This document shows positions 1 to 12,478 of a DNA stretch of 64,000 bases, piece after piece; the first letter of the stretch is position 1; each line of letters starts with the position of its first letter. Below the pieces are notes generated by a model that was given only the letters and a program-made list of their open reading frames with translations, was not told the origin of the DNA and ran no database searches. The position numbers and the translations under genes were made by a program. The stretch spans positions 9,545,944 through 9,609,943 of the forward strand of contig NC_068985.1 in the NCBI RefSeq assembly GCF_001194135.2, read 5' to 3'. The stretch is from Octopus bimaculoides. Its lineage: Eukaryota.

Positions 1-7
1 ACAATGA

Positions 8-44
<37 letters not shown>

Positions 45-275
45 GGTGGTGGTGATGACGATGGTGATGATGATGATGGTGATGATGATGATGATGGTGA
101 CGATGATGGTGACGATGATGGTGGTGGTGGTGGTGATGATGATAGTGTTGATGATGGTGATAGTGGTGATGATGGTGATTGTGATGATGATGGTAGTGAT
201 GATGATGATGGTGGTGGTGGTGGTGGTGGTGGTGGTGAGGATGGTGATGATGATGTTGCACATAGTAGTGATGGG
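1..275. repeat. Compound trinucleotide microsatellite (GAC)n/(GGT)n/(GAT)n
   Basis: Direct reading; it accounts for the T/V/M-rich ORF 4..348. Confidence 0.95.
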
Positions 276-572
276 GGTAAACCAATGCATAGAATTCCTG
301 AAATTTTACAGAAGCAGCTCTCAGAGGTTCAGGGCAAAAGTAATTTAAACAACTGTTGCTCCTGCGCCAGACTTTGTGTAAGTGAGTGTGTATGTGTGTG
401 ATTATAAGTGTGTATGTGTGTGATTATAAGTGTGTGTGTGTGTGTGTGTGTGTGTCTGGCATGAGCGCGCGTGTGTGTGTGTGCATGCGTGTGTCTCTGC
501 GGGTGCTGAATTTCAATCATTGATGTTGTTACTATTGATTTTTATTATAGTTACAATTACTACTACTACTAT

Positions 573-609
<37 letters not shown>

Positions 610-839
610 AGTACAGTGGATTCTTCAAGTTCCAGTAACATTTAACAGTAAATACTAACAAAACTACCTACCAATTACAGAGAAGCATTTTTCCCGACTG
701 TGATTTAATAGCATAACAGAAAAGGGGAGAAAAAGTACGAGAACGAGACTGGAAAAAAAATTTTAATCCAGTTTAAAAGGAAACAAATAGACATATTTTC
801 AAGCTGTTTTTGCATTTCATCAGATTATAAATATATAAA

Positions 840-874
<35 letters not shown>

Positions 875-1210
875 NNNNNNNNNNNNNNNNNNNNNNNNNN
901 NNNNNNNNNNNNNNNNNNNNNNNNNNNNNNNNNNNNNNNNNNNNNNNNNNNNNNNNNNNNNNNNNNNNNNNNNNNNNNNNNNNNNNNNNNNNNNNNNNNN
1001 NNNNNNNNNNNNNNNNNNNNNNNNNNNNNNNNNNNNNNNNNNNNNNNNNNNNNNNNNNNNNNNNNNNNNNNNNNNNNNNNNNNNNNNNNNNNNNNNNNNN
1101 NNNNNNNNNNNNNNNNNNNNNNNNNNNNNNNNNNNNNNNNNNNNNNNNNNNNNNNNNNNNNNNNNNNNNNNNNNNNNNNNNNNNNNNNNNNNNNNNNNNN
1201 NNATATATAT

Positions 1211-1467
1211 CATCATCATCGTTTAACATCTGCTTTCCATGCTAGCATGGGTTGGACGATTTGACTGAGGACTGGTGAACCAGATGGCTACACCAGGCTC
1301 CAATCTGATTTGGCAGAGTTTCTACAGCTGGATGCCCTTCCTAACGCCAACCACTCAGAGAGTGTAGTGGGTGCTTTTACATGCCACCAGCACGAAGGCC
1401 AGTCAGGAGGCAACGGCTACGCTTGAAATGGTGTATTTTACATGCCACCTGCACAGGAGCCAGTCCA
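1211..1467 (-). mobile_element. RTE-tail-like SINE family copy
   Basis: Contains the reverse complement of TTAGGAAGGGCATCCAGCTGTAGAAA...CCAACCCATGCTAGCATGGAAAGC...TTAAACGATGATGATG, which recurs more than 15 times in the window. The RTE affinity of the tail is inferred. Confidence 0.8.
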
Positions 1468-2494
1468 TGACAGGCTTCTTTTAGTTTCCATCGACCAAAT
1501 CTACTCACAAGGCTTTGGTTGGCCATTCATAGCCCTGTATCTCCTCTATAGCAAGATGCCTGTGTGCTTGTTCCTTCAGCCTTTCTACACCTGACATAAA
1601 GCCCCCACCACCACTTATAGCAAGAGCATTCCCTTTACCTTATCTTTTATCATTTTGTCTTGTTGTTTTGTGTGGGGGGGGTGGTGGTGGTTATGTCTTG
1701 CAAATTACATGGCAACCTCACTAGTGCTGGCTCCATGAAAAAACTAGCATCCAGTACATTCTGTAGTGTGGTTGGTGTTTGGAAGAATGTCCAGCCATAG
1801 ATGCCATGCAAGAATTGATGCTGCAGCTTGCCAAATTCTGTCAAGCTGTCCAACCCATGCCAGCCTGGAAACCAGACATCAAATGATGACGATGATAATC
1901 TGATATATATACTGCTAACACAGTTGTGCAATATTCATGACCATTTGTAGTCTTCGCAATTTAACCAAAATACGCCGTAATTTTTTCTCTATTCACACCT
2001 ATCATTCACCTGGGTGGTTAAGAAAATACGAACTAACACATCAAAGTAAAAATCTGTAAAAATGTTAGAAGTAATATATTAGCCAGAGTAGAATCTATTG
2101 GTTACTAGAGACAAAAACTTTATTTCAAGACCAAAATACCTTTTTTTTTTTTATTTCAGAACTGTGTCTCTCTCTCTTGATGCCTAAATGTTTAATATCA
2201 AATATGCATAAAGTTAGTTCAGTGATTATATATTTGTCTTCTTAAATAAAATATAGAAACCATTGATTAGTACGAACAAAGAGCAAAAATACTTGCCATT
2301 ACTTCAGCAGTAAAGAATAGGTGTATAATGGAAAGCGTTAGCAATGAAAAATAAAATCACTTTACTTGATAATGGACTAAAAATATATTCCATTAATTTT
2401 ACAAAACACGATTAATGCAATTTTTTGTTTTAAACATTATATCTACGTTATATATATATATATATATATGCACAGACAATATACATATAGGTGA

Positions 2495-2705
2495 AGGCGT
2501 CGAGCTGGTAAAACCATTAGCACGCTGGGTGAAATGCTTAGCGGTATTTTGTCTGTCTTTACGTTCTGAGTTCAAATTCTGCTGAGGTCGACTTAGCTTT
2601 TCATCCCTTCGGGGTCGATAAATTAAGTACCAGCTGCATACTGGATCCGATCTAATCGACTAGCACCCCAAAAATTTGGGGCCTTGTACCTAGAGTAGAA
2701 AAGAA
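2495..2705 (+). mobile_element. Meta-domain-like SINE
   Basis: Head GAGCTGG..AAA.C.TTAGCACG plus the central GGTCGACTT.GC.TTTCATCC.TTCGGGGTCGATAAATTAAGTACC block, shared by more than 10 copies here and resembling the MetaSINE domain. Confidence 0.8.
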
Positions 2706-3059
2706 TATCCATATAGCTACTTGTATACGTTTTAACATATGTGTATGAACATTCATGTGTACAGACGTGTGTGTGTGTGTGTGTGTGTACACATACATCA
2801 TCGTCATCATTTAACACCAGTTTTCCAGGCTAGCATGGGTTAGATAGTTTGGCAAGAGCTGGCAAGGGCAGAAGCCACACCAAGTTCCATCGTCTATTTT
2901 GGCACATTTTCTACAGGTGGATGCCCTTCCTAATGCCAATCACTTTAATGAGTGTATTGGGTGCTTTTTACATGGCACCAGCACTTTTTATGTGGCACCA
3001 GTACCAACACACACACACACGTATATATATGATCATGAAGAAGTAACTCAGAGTGGTCA

Positions 3060-3280
3060 ATAGCCAGTATTTGAACAGCAAAGACGAAAAAAGATATGTG
3101 AAATAAAATACATGACAGGTTCTTGCTTTATTGAAACTATCTCTGGAAGGTAACAGAAAAAGCCAGGTAGCAATTGGACTAACTCCAAATGAGAGAGAAA
3201 AGATAATTTCAAGACACCAAGAATTTTCTCCGAAATTGACATGCCATTAAGGAAAAGCCAGTTTGATTGAACATAAAAAC
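3060..3280 (+). mobile_element. Possible decayed Ty3/Gypsy pol remnant
   Basis: A stop-interrupted frame reads GLTPNEREKIISRHQEFSPKL..*GKASLIEHK, resembling the Gypsy protease-RT linker (G.T.LIEH.I). Recognised by eye only. Confidence 0.3.
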
Positions 3281-3604
3281 ACACACACACACATCATCAT
3301 CATCACCATTTAATGTCCATGCTCCAGACTAGCATGGGCTGAATAGTTTAATGCAAGGGTGGAGAAACCCCAACCCATGTGCCCACTAGCCCATTTTATT
3401 GCAGCCACAGGCTGGTATATTCGTATGTAGAAGCCTTGTGAGTGGAGAGTGCACAGATGGAAACTGTGTAGAATCCTGTAGGATGATTGGACCTATAATT
3501 ACATTGTGATACAGATTCTACATGAGAAGTACTTTAAGGGTGCACATGTCTGTGGAATATTCAGCCATCTTACATCCTACACCAAAATTGATATATACAT
3601 ACAA

Positions 3605-3669
<65 letters not shown>

Positions 3670-4494
3670 CACATGTATGTGTCTATATATGTGAATGGGT
3701 GCACATACATACATACAAATACATACAAATTTTCACACGGTCTCCATTCACTAAATTCCTCTCACAAGACTTAATAATGGTAAATGGATTTACAGGAGTT
3801 TCAGTGACGAGTATTCCAGTTGTCCAATCAACCGAAATACCAAAGTAGGTGAATATATAAAGCAGAGACATCTGTATAACCTTAATACAATTCTTCAGAT
3901 TGAATCAGCATAACAATATAGCCTTTGCATTAGAGAAACAATTCCTCCAACGGGCTTCCAATTTCAATCTCAATGCTTGTTTTTATTTATATAAACACAC
4001 ACACACATGCACACTGTATGAATGTACATATAGCAATGTAGATTACGAGCCTTCGTTCTTGATAATGAAAATGCCTCTTGAAATGGAGGACAAAAATATA
4101 TCAAAGAATGTCATATGGTAAGATTCTAGTCAATGTAGGACATATTCAGCCCCAGTTATGAGATGAATTAAATATAGACATCTAATATTAGAATAGGGAC
4201 ATAGGAGGTGAGGGCAGAGTATAGCCAATTAAATTATCTCTCATTATTTGGGTCTTATTTTATTTTGTTGACCCACAGGAAGGATAAAAGCAAAATTGAC
4301 CCTAGTAGCATTTGAACTGAGAAACCTAAGGATAAATGAAGACAATTCAATTAAATAATAATTAGGAAATTCCTTTACAGAGGAGGGGGGGTGAGAGAAA
4401 AGGTAAGGTTGTAGAAGCACAACACATGTTATTGTTGTTGTTAGGATCCAAAGATTGTTGGAAATCGGATTAGGCTGTTAATCATTTTTTTGCA

Positions 4495-4640
4495 GGAGCA
4501 GGCCTGGCTGTGTGAGAAGCTTGCTTCCCAACTACATGGTTCTGGGTTCAGTCCCACCACGTGGAATCTTGCACAAGTGTTTTCCACTAGAGTCTCAGGC
4601 CAACCAGAGATTTGGTAGGTGGAAACTGAAAGAAGCCCGT

Positions 4641-4682
<42 letters not shown>

Positions 4683-4790
4683 TTTGCTTGTCTCCTACCA
4701 CAGCTTGATAACCAGTGTTGGTGTGTTTCTGTCTGTGTAACTTAGCAACTCAGCAAAAGGGACCAATAAATTAAGCACCCAGCCTAAAAA
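4495..4790 (+). mobile_element. CORE-like tRNA-derived SINE (3' truncated)
   Basis: GGCTGTGTG..AGAAGCTTGC head, central region homologous to the GGCACCTTGGGCAAGTGTC CORE-like motif, internal (TG)n. Confidence 0.8.
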
Positions 4791-5189
4791 AGTATAACCA
4801 TAACCATATAGAGTGTGTGGGATAAATCTACCCATTCAAGTAGTACAGGTATCTCAGCAGTTAACGGTTCAAAATGCACCACCAAAGCTGTTCTGAATCC
4901 ATGGTCAAAATGCCCAGTTCTTAATGGTTCCAGCTCATTTCATCATCATTTCAATGTCCACTTTTGCATGCATGAATGGTCAGACAGAGTTTATTTAGAG
5001 AGAGACATTCTCCAGCCAGACGCCCTTCCAGTCATCTGTAAATTCATGTAAATAAATACAACTAAGCAGAGTAACTCACTACTAAAGTAGTTCAAATTTG
5101 TGTAAAGTGAGATTGCAACCATGCATGTCCGGCCCTGTTAAGAATACCCCTGATGCGTCAGGTGATATGATATGCATGAGAAGACCTGT

Positions 5190-5490
5190 TGAGTCAAGTA
5201 AAACCAATATCGTAGCTGGGGCCGTTGCCCCCTGACTGGCTCCCATGCTGGTGACACATAAAAAGTACCAACCGATCGTGACTGAAGCCAGTACCTCCTG
5301 ACTGGCTCCTGTGCTGGTGGTACATAAAAAGCACCCACTCACTCTCAGAGTGGTTGGTGTTAGGAAGGGCATCCAGTTGTAGAAACACTGCCAGATCAGA
5401 TTGGAGCCTGGTGCAGCCACTGGCTCTCCAGACCTCAGTCAAACCGTCCAACCCATGCTAGCATGGAAAACAGATGTTAAACGATGATGA
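5190..5490 (+). mobile_element. RTE-tail-like SINE family copy
   Basis: Same tail as 1211-1467, ending in GATGATGAT. Confidence 0.8.
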
Positions 5491-5711
5491 TAAACTAAAT
5501 ATGGACAACCTTTTTTCAAGAACCAGGCCGCATGAGAAACAGTTCATCATCAGGCAGGCTGCACTACTAAAAGAAAAATTCAAAGTAATTTTGTGTTAGG
5601 CCTGCCATTCAGAAAATCCAGTCAGGCCACATGCAGCCTGCAGGTTGCAGTTTGCCCAAGGTGGGGATAAACTTTCCAATATAACTTCTATGTCATATCA
5701 AATTCACTTGA

Positions 5712-5931
5712 GCCTTTAGCATTTAAACCAGCCATATCTGGCCCAAATATTGAACCTGCTTTGTGTTCAAACTGGCCAGATCCAGCCTCTCACACCTACC
5801 CTACAATGTCATTCAAAAAATAAGCAATCACATCATTGAAATCTCAAAGCTGCAAAATAATACAAAATTAATTCAAATCTGTGTGAATCAATAAGCATTA
5901 CATTTGACAAAAGAATTTGAATGCTAAAGGG
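5712..5931. mobile_element. piggyBac-like MITE, family P2
   Basis: Termini CCTTTAGCATT...AATGCTAAAGGG followed by TTAA; homologous copies at 29269-29463 and 55703-55857. CCC/GGG ends with TTAA targets are the piggyBac signature. Confidence 0.7.
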
Positions 5932-6289
5932 TTAAGCCACATGTTCAAACAATGCTTTAATCCCAAAAGGAAAAGCTATGCATCTATTTGAGTCTGTTTT
6001 ATTTTAAATGGTTATTTGTTAAGTAACTTAAGGTGTTTGATCTTTTAGTTTAAACTTTTGATGTAGTTTAAGCTTTTGAACTGGTAAACAAAATTGTTCC
6101 TAATTTTCTCTTATAGTACATTTCTTTTTTGTCTTTTCACTTTATGGCCTTTTTTTAATAACAACAAACTTTCCTTTAACCTTTAAAACCCAAACTTTAA
6201 CAGGTTAATGCTCTTGAAAGCAGCATGATGGTTCATTTTGGCCACATATAATGTATGCTTTGAATCAATATAAAAGATATATAATGTAA

Positions 6290-6660
6290 AAAGCACCATC
6301 CGAATGTGGTCAATGCCAGCTCCCTCGCTCCGACTGGCTTCTGTGCTAGTGGCACGTAAAAAAGCACCATCCGAATGTGGCCAATGCCAGCACCACCTTG
6401 ACTGGCTCCCATGCAGGTGGCACGTAAAAAGCAACATCCAATCGTGGTTGATGCCAGCCCCCTCTGGCCCCCGTGCCAGTGGCATGTAAAAAGCACCCAC
6501 TACACTCTCGGAGTGGGTGGCGTTAGGAAGGGCATCCAGCTGTAGAAACATTGCCAGATCAGACTGGAACCTGGTGCAGCTTCTTGGCTTTCCAGACCCC
6601 AGTTGAACCGTCTAACCCATGCCAACATGGAAAATGGATGTTAAACGATGACGATGATGA
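6290..6660 (+). mobile_element. RTE-tail-like SINE copy with ~60-bp internal subrepeats
   Basis: Repeated GTGGCACGTAAAAA(A)GCA(CC) units upstream of the common tail. Confidence 0.8.
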
Positions 6661-6974
6661 ACGACAGGAGTTAGAGCTAGAGTCAGAGCATGTGAGACAA
6701 TAAATTGTGAAGTTAGGAATTGGAGTCAGAGTCAAAGGCTTTGAGTACCAATTCCAAAGCCTGGCATCCTTTTTTTTTTATCTAAGTAAAGATTGAATAG
6801 TCAGACAACACCTATTTGGAGAGTTGACACAACACAGAGAATTAAATGCCTTCTGGTTGATGTAACAGCTATTCATAACCCATCACTGTGTTCTCACAGA
6901 ATCCTTTAATACTTTTGATATCAACCTACTCAAGACTACCCCTACACCTATAAAACTAATACCCTGTTTTAAAA

Positions 6975-7350
6975 TCAGGTTGGGTCATATGTGGAGGCAT
7001 GTAACTATTACAGCACATCACTGCATCCACCATTTGTCAGGATCTGCTTGGGTTGTCCCAGGCAACCTTCCAAGCAGTGACCCACTCAGTCTCTCTACGA
7101 GTTGCTTCCTCATCTGCCATGACCATGAGGCATTTAGCCAACCAACAGAAGCTGTCATCTCAGCCAGATCCTCAGAGAAGAGAATACGATACACAGAATC
7201 CAACTCAGAAAATCAAACAACATGACAAATATCTCAAATCAAACAAGATGCATCCCATTTTCTCCTTATTGGCACTGGTTGGAGGCAAAATCTGACCAAT
7301 GGTAGCCCATAATTCTGCCAAGCACCCTGGTACCAAAAGAGTTCAGGTAA
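6975..7350 (-). mobile_element. Decayed RTE-clade LINE, ORF C-terminus and 3' end
   Basis: Minus frames read LNSFGTRVLGRIMGYHWSDFASN and DSVYRILFSED...QADPDKW, matching the RTE C-terminal pattern (SF.TR.LRRIMGY.W.DFVSN...DP..RIL...A..DP..W), with frameshifts and stops. Confidence 0.6.
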
Positions 7351-7363
7351 CACACTTTCTGTG

Positions 7364-7705
7364 TCATATCAGCATTTGCCAACGGAAGTCATCCTTCCCA
7401 TCTCCAGCCTGAAGTGATACACACGGACGAGTTTCTGGATATTGACCCATCATCAGTGTATAACAACCACTGGCTGGCAATGTGAAGTGGTTCCCAATGC
7501 AAATATATATATATACTTTTTCCAGTGAGGAAAAGTCACTGATCTCAAAAAAGTGGAAACAAGCAATAATAAATCTCTGAGCGAGGTATAAACAGTAGCT
7601 GCACGACATCGTGAAGTATATTTGCCACCTAAATGTGGCTAACCCTTAAGGCTCGATGCTATTGTAGCTTGTAGCCCCAGGAAGACATCTCCTCTAGCTG
7701 GCTTT
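7364..7705. mobile_element. Fragments of the long-TIR foldback element seen at 12120-12478
   Basis: 7570-7705 matches its left arm; 7370-7410 matches its internal segment in reverse orientation. Confidence 0.7.
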
Positions 7706-8628
7706 TTCAAATTAATTGAAACAAAGACAGAGTATTTCAAGAGAAATATGGTGACTAAAGTGTTAACTTACTAGCTTAGGTTACACAATTGTAAACAACT
7801 ATCTTTGACTAATTAAATAACAAATATTTTGTTAACGTCATTGTCGGATTAAAATTGTCCAACAAACTCTTGCTATAAGATGGTTTGAACAGTAAATATT
7901 ATTGTCTCAAAAACACTAAAAAACCAGATTTTTGCAATGATTTGCTTCAAGATAACAATGAATCACAATTTATAGACCAATCAATACCCCTCATCAAACT
8001 TATATTACTTATTTTATTAGATTGATTTTTTTTCATTTATTTCTTTTGTGTCAGGAATTATTCTGGAAGACAGCTTAGAATAAAGTCATTATCTTTTAGA
8101 TTATTTGACTAATTTCAATATTTGTCTATAACTGTTGATGGTTTGTTTCTACAAAGGTTTCTTAGTTTCTTTGCTAAACAATTCTAATACTAAAACACAT
8201 AAAATTTCTATTGAAAATCCATTATCATAGACTATAATTTTGTAATGGAGTATCTTTGGCAATCCAATAAAATACCAATATATTTTCGTAACTACTCTTC
8301 ACAAAGAAAAAAGAAAACAAGAAAAACAGTAAACACAAAAATAATTGGAAATTTACAGTAAATATAATAATAAAAAAAACCCCATAAGAATAGCTTTATT
8401 AATGTTGGATACAATGTACGGTAGTTGAAAGATGTGTGCTAGAGAGGCACATCTCAACATCTGCCAATTCTTATTGGAAATAATCAGTTACACACCTCAG
8501 TCGAAATTCTTAGCTCTTAATTCTTGCACCTCCAGACTAGAATTAAAGTGAGGTATTACTATGCATTCTGCTGAATCACACAAGATTCCAGATTCTACTA
8601 TTACATAATGACAGGATCTGTTAGTCTT

Positions 8629-8661
<33 letters not shown>

Positions 8662-8838
8662 AATAGTTGATTCCATTAAGCCCAGTGCTGCCATCTGCCT
8701 ACATATGGTTCAATAAGTCAGCAGAGTTATCTCGGTGTATATATATGAGGTTTACATGTCTGTTTACTATATTTCATTAACTTTGCCTTTCATCCATTTG
8801 AATTCAATAAATAAAGAACCACTCAAAATTTAATTTCT

Positions 8839-8886
<48 letters not shown>

Positions 8887-9559
8887 TCCGGCCAGGTAAC
8901 CTTGTACTTCCTCTACAGCAAGACACCTGTTTCTGTCTCTCTATTTCACTATAACCTGTCATTATCTGGCACAAGATCACCTCCTGCAATGACTCCTCCC
9001 CCTCTCAAAAGATCTTTGTCTTGCAAGTTACTTGGTGACCCTGTCAGTGCAGGTGCCACTTAAAAAGCATCCAGTCCAAATATACAACAAAGTGACAGTA
9101 GGAAGGGCATCCAGCTGCAGTGACCATGCCAAAACAGACAAGAGAGATCGGCACAGCCCTCTCACTTGCCAGCTCCTGTGCAAATCTTCCAACCCATGCC
9201 AGCATGGAAAATGGACATTAAAAAATGAGGGTGTAGATTATGATGATAAAAATATGTATTTGTGAATTTGTAAATATTATTAATGAGAAAATGATTTCTC
9301 GTGAGTATTGATAATTATCATGACCAGAGTGCTTGACTAATTACTGATTTTATTCATCGCAAAAAGAGATAAAAAGTAAAATTGAAGCCAACACAATTTG
9401 AAATGCAGAAACACAAACTGAACACAGTATTTTATCTGGCTCTCATCATCCACTAACCTCTTTGATAATGTTTGCACAGCTGAATTATAATTACACATAT
9501 CTATAGATATGTATAGATACATATACATATACATGTATAGATACATATACATATACATA

Positions 9560-10012
9560 AAAATCAACTTTTAAACATCTGGCCTCATGGAGGCAAAGTG
9601 GCTGAGTTCCTTTCAAGCGGGCCTCACAGAGGCAAGGTGGCTGAGTTCCTTTTGAGCATTGTGCCTCACGGGGGCAAAGTGGCCGAGCTCCTTTCAAGTG
9701 CTGGGCCTCAGGGAGGCAATGATTGAGACCTTCTTTGACAGTATGTCGTGCTTGAAAAGAAAACCCATCAAGCTGGGCAAAATTGCAGTCATGGCAGATA
9801 CTGGTGTCATGCAAATGGCACCTATGCTGGTGGCACATAAAAGCGCCCATTACACTCTCAGAGTGGGTTGGAATTAGGAAGAGCACCCAGCTGCAGAAAA
9901 CCATGCCAAATGAGACTGGATTCTGGTGCAGCCTTCCAGTGTGCCAGCCCAGTCAAACTGTCCAACCCATGCCAGCAAGGACAACAGACGTTAAATGATG
10001 ATGATGATGATG
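9560..10012 (+). mobile_element. RTE-tail-like SINE variant with four 39-42-bp tandem units
   Basis: GCCTCA..GAGGCAAAGTGGCTGAGTTCCTTT units starting at 9582, 9621, 9663 and 9705, then the common tail; an inverted homologue lies at 58890-59305. Confidence 0.8.
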
Positions 10013-12119
10013 ACATAAAAACACACAATGATTAATTATACTCTAATTATATTTTCAAAAAAGATAAGTGTAAACAAACTACAAAAGACAAATGATAATC
10101 ATTATAGATACTTAATTGCTTATATAAATGATGACACAATTAAGCAGAGTAGAAATAATGTTGGACAAATACTTCTAACACATCTAGAATGTATTGTTAT
10201 TTTCATGATTCAAATCCACTCCTATGGCCATTAAGAGTTGAGCATTGGAAGATGTGGTGTTCATGACTGTTCTGAAAAGCATTAACAGACTAAAGACTAA
10301 TAGCTACTATCAAGAATAAAACCTGAACCAAAGACACAGTTTATCAGGAACTTACCACCTAAGCTACAGTCTTCATCATCATCATCCGCATCAACATGCT
10401 TCTCCATACTGGCATATGTTGTAGGAGCCTACAAGGCAGCACATCATATTCTTCAGGCATCTATGGAGATGAAATATCAGGATTCTGGGACTCATAGCTG
10501 ACCAATCCTTTATCAATCATGTAGTTCAAAACCCTATCTGACCTCATTGCTCACTGCTTTGTAATTTACAAATATAATTTTAAGACCATTGGTTAAGAAG
10601 TTAGAATAACTCTTGGCAAAAATTATGGCATCACTCTATCTGGAGAATGCTCAGAATGGCTTTTACAGTTTGCAAGAAATCACAGCTATGCTACAAAATT
10701 ATTTTTGTTTAATAGCTGAACATTCAGATTTTGTGAAACGTACCTCAAACAAATTAAAGTAAATTATATAAATTATTAACTTCTTTCCCGCCCCTCCCCC
10801 AGATCCAGAAGAGGGAGAAAAATAATGGAATTGTCTTGTAATTTGCATTTCTAATACTAACTGCAGTACAAGTCTAAAAATGTGAATGATTCTGATTGTA
10901 AAAAAAGAATGCTTGGAGACTTTAATGAGCTACTGACTTTGTTAATTACAAAGAAATATGGTTCCAACAAAAGAATTGTCAACTAAAACAATGAAAAGGG
11001 TCATGAAATTCATTGAAGAATGAAATCCAACACTGAGTGAGGCAAATGGCATTGGTTGCTCTTTGATAGTTGTGTATAAATTTGATGCAGATATAATAAA
11101 CAAAATGAGAAGATTAGAAAGGAAAAAAATATACAGATGGCAAGATATAGGGATACAAAGTTCAAAGCCTTGAAAATAAAAATTCCAAAACAAAACAAAT
11201 GACAGAAAAAGAAGTTAATGTCTGCAACAAAACTGTAAGAAATTGGTGAAACGAAATGAGATTTATAAACAGAAATGCCAAATGACAACCAAACACTAAA
11301 ATACAAACAGAAAAACAAAAGGGGGTGGGGTTGTAGTGGGCGAAAGAGAAATAAACATGAAACATGAATGACTGAAGAAAGTGACTTTGAGTGATGAATC
11401 ATAAATCTGCATTGACTAAAGAGCTGATGTTAGAAGTTTTGTCTGGTGACATCTAAAGGAATATATAAAGATGGCTGACTAAAGAAAACAAATTTTCCCA
11501 CTCGTTTCATATGAGATTCTTTGACAAATAAAGGGACCAAATGAGATGGTACTCATTACCTCAGAAGTCAATACACAAACGTTTTGGTAGGTACCGTTCT
11601 TACTATATGAACAAAGAAGAGACTTGTTGCTAATGGAGTTAATTTAATAATGCATTTTGTCACAGAACCAAGAACATTAAAACTTTTCTTGGGTAAGTTC
11701 TATGAACTTAATGATATTGTCAAGCAAAAAGTTCAGAGTTTAATCTGACTGAAAATTTCTGAAGAAACTTCTTTTAAAATGGTCTTTGACGAGATTCTTT
11801 CAAACACTATTCAAACCAGTTTGATGGAGACTGGTTTCAATAGTTTCACATTGGTAAAGTCCAAACCTTAATGCAGGCTCTCATAAAATCACAAGAAGGA
11901 TAATAATAATACCACAGTTTCAAAAACTTTCAACATACACACACTTTACGTATCAACACAGATCGATAGTTATATTATAATTTCTGAGTACAAGTTCTTC
12001 CAGGATCCTATTTGTTTATTTCGTTTAAGATATTATTCACATTATCAACAGAATAACTATTTAGTAAACAAAAAGAAATGAAATATAAAACTCAAATATA
12101 TGGAAAACAAATCCAGAAA

Positions 12120-12478
12120 TAATAAATCTCTGAGCAGGATGTAAACATTAGCCGCATGACATTGTGAAGTATATTTCCACCTCTAAAGGTGGCTAACCCT
12201 TAAGGGTCAATGCTACTGTAGCTTGTAGTCCAAGGAAGACATCTCCTCCAGCTGGCTATCAGTATGGCTATACTGATACTGCCCTATCAGTATTTGCAAA
12301 GGGTCCATGTGTATAATGTCAGGCTGGAGATGGGAACGATGACTTCCCTCTGCAAATACTGGTTGGGGAAAGATAGTGTGTCAATAGCCAGCTGGAGATG
12401 CCTTCCTGGGGCTACAAACTACAGTAGCATCGACCCCTAAGGGTTAGCCACATTTAGGTGACAAATATCCTTCACGAA
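12120..12478. mobile_element. Foldback/MITE-like element with ~95-bp inverted arms
   Basis: GTGAAGTATATTT..CACCT..AAGGTGGCTAACCCTTAAGGGTC.ATGCTACTGTAG...CCAGCTGGCTAT (12164 onward) is mirrored by ATAGCCAGCTGG...CTACAGTAGCATCGACCCCTAAGGGTTAGCCACATTTAGGTG.CAAATATCCTTCAC (to 12475). Confidence 0.75.

Noticed and set aside
290-385. Plus-strand exon-like stretch ending in GTAAGT (IPEILQKQLSEVQGK...)
   Set aside because: No recognisable homology, a weak acceptor, and the donor runs into the start of a GT-rich repeat.
4-645. Low-complexity ORFs (poly-T/V/M, HT repeats, poly-T/A)
   Set aside because: Translations of trinucleotide and dinucleotide microsatellites with no domain content.
3683-3871. 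ORF with FGISVDWTTGILVT, vaguely like a cadherin F.ID..TG.I motif
   Set aside because: Too short; the other cadherin motifs (DRE, D.ND) are absent and the frame runs into a microsatellite.
9560-9730. Regularly spaced 28-60-bp repeats (here, 40750, 59100) as a CRISPR-like array
   Set aside because: The units are contiguous tandem copies without unique spacers, in a eukaryotic context with no cas genes.
11560-11880. Stop-interrupted frame that looks like decayed coding sequence
   Set aside because: I could not assign it to any protein family.
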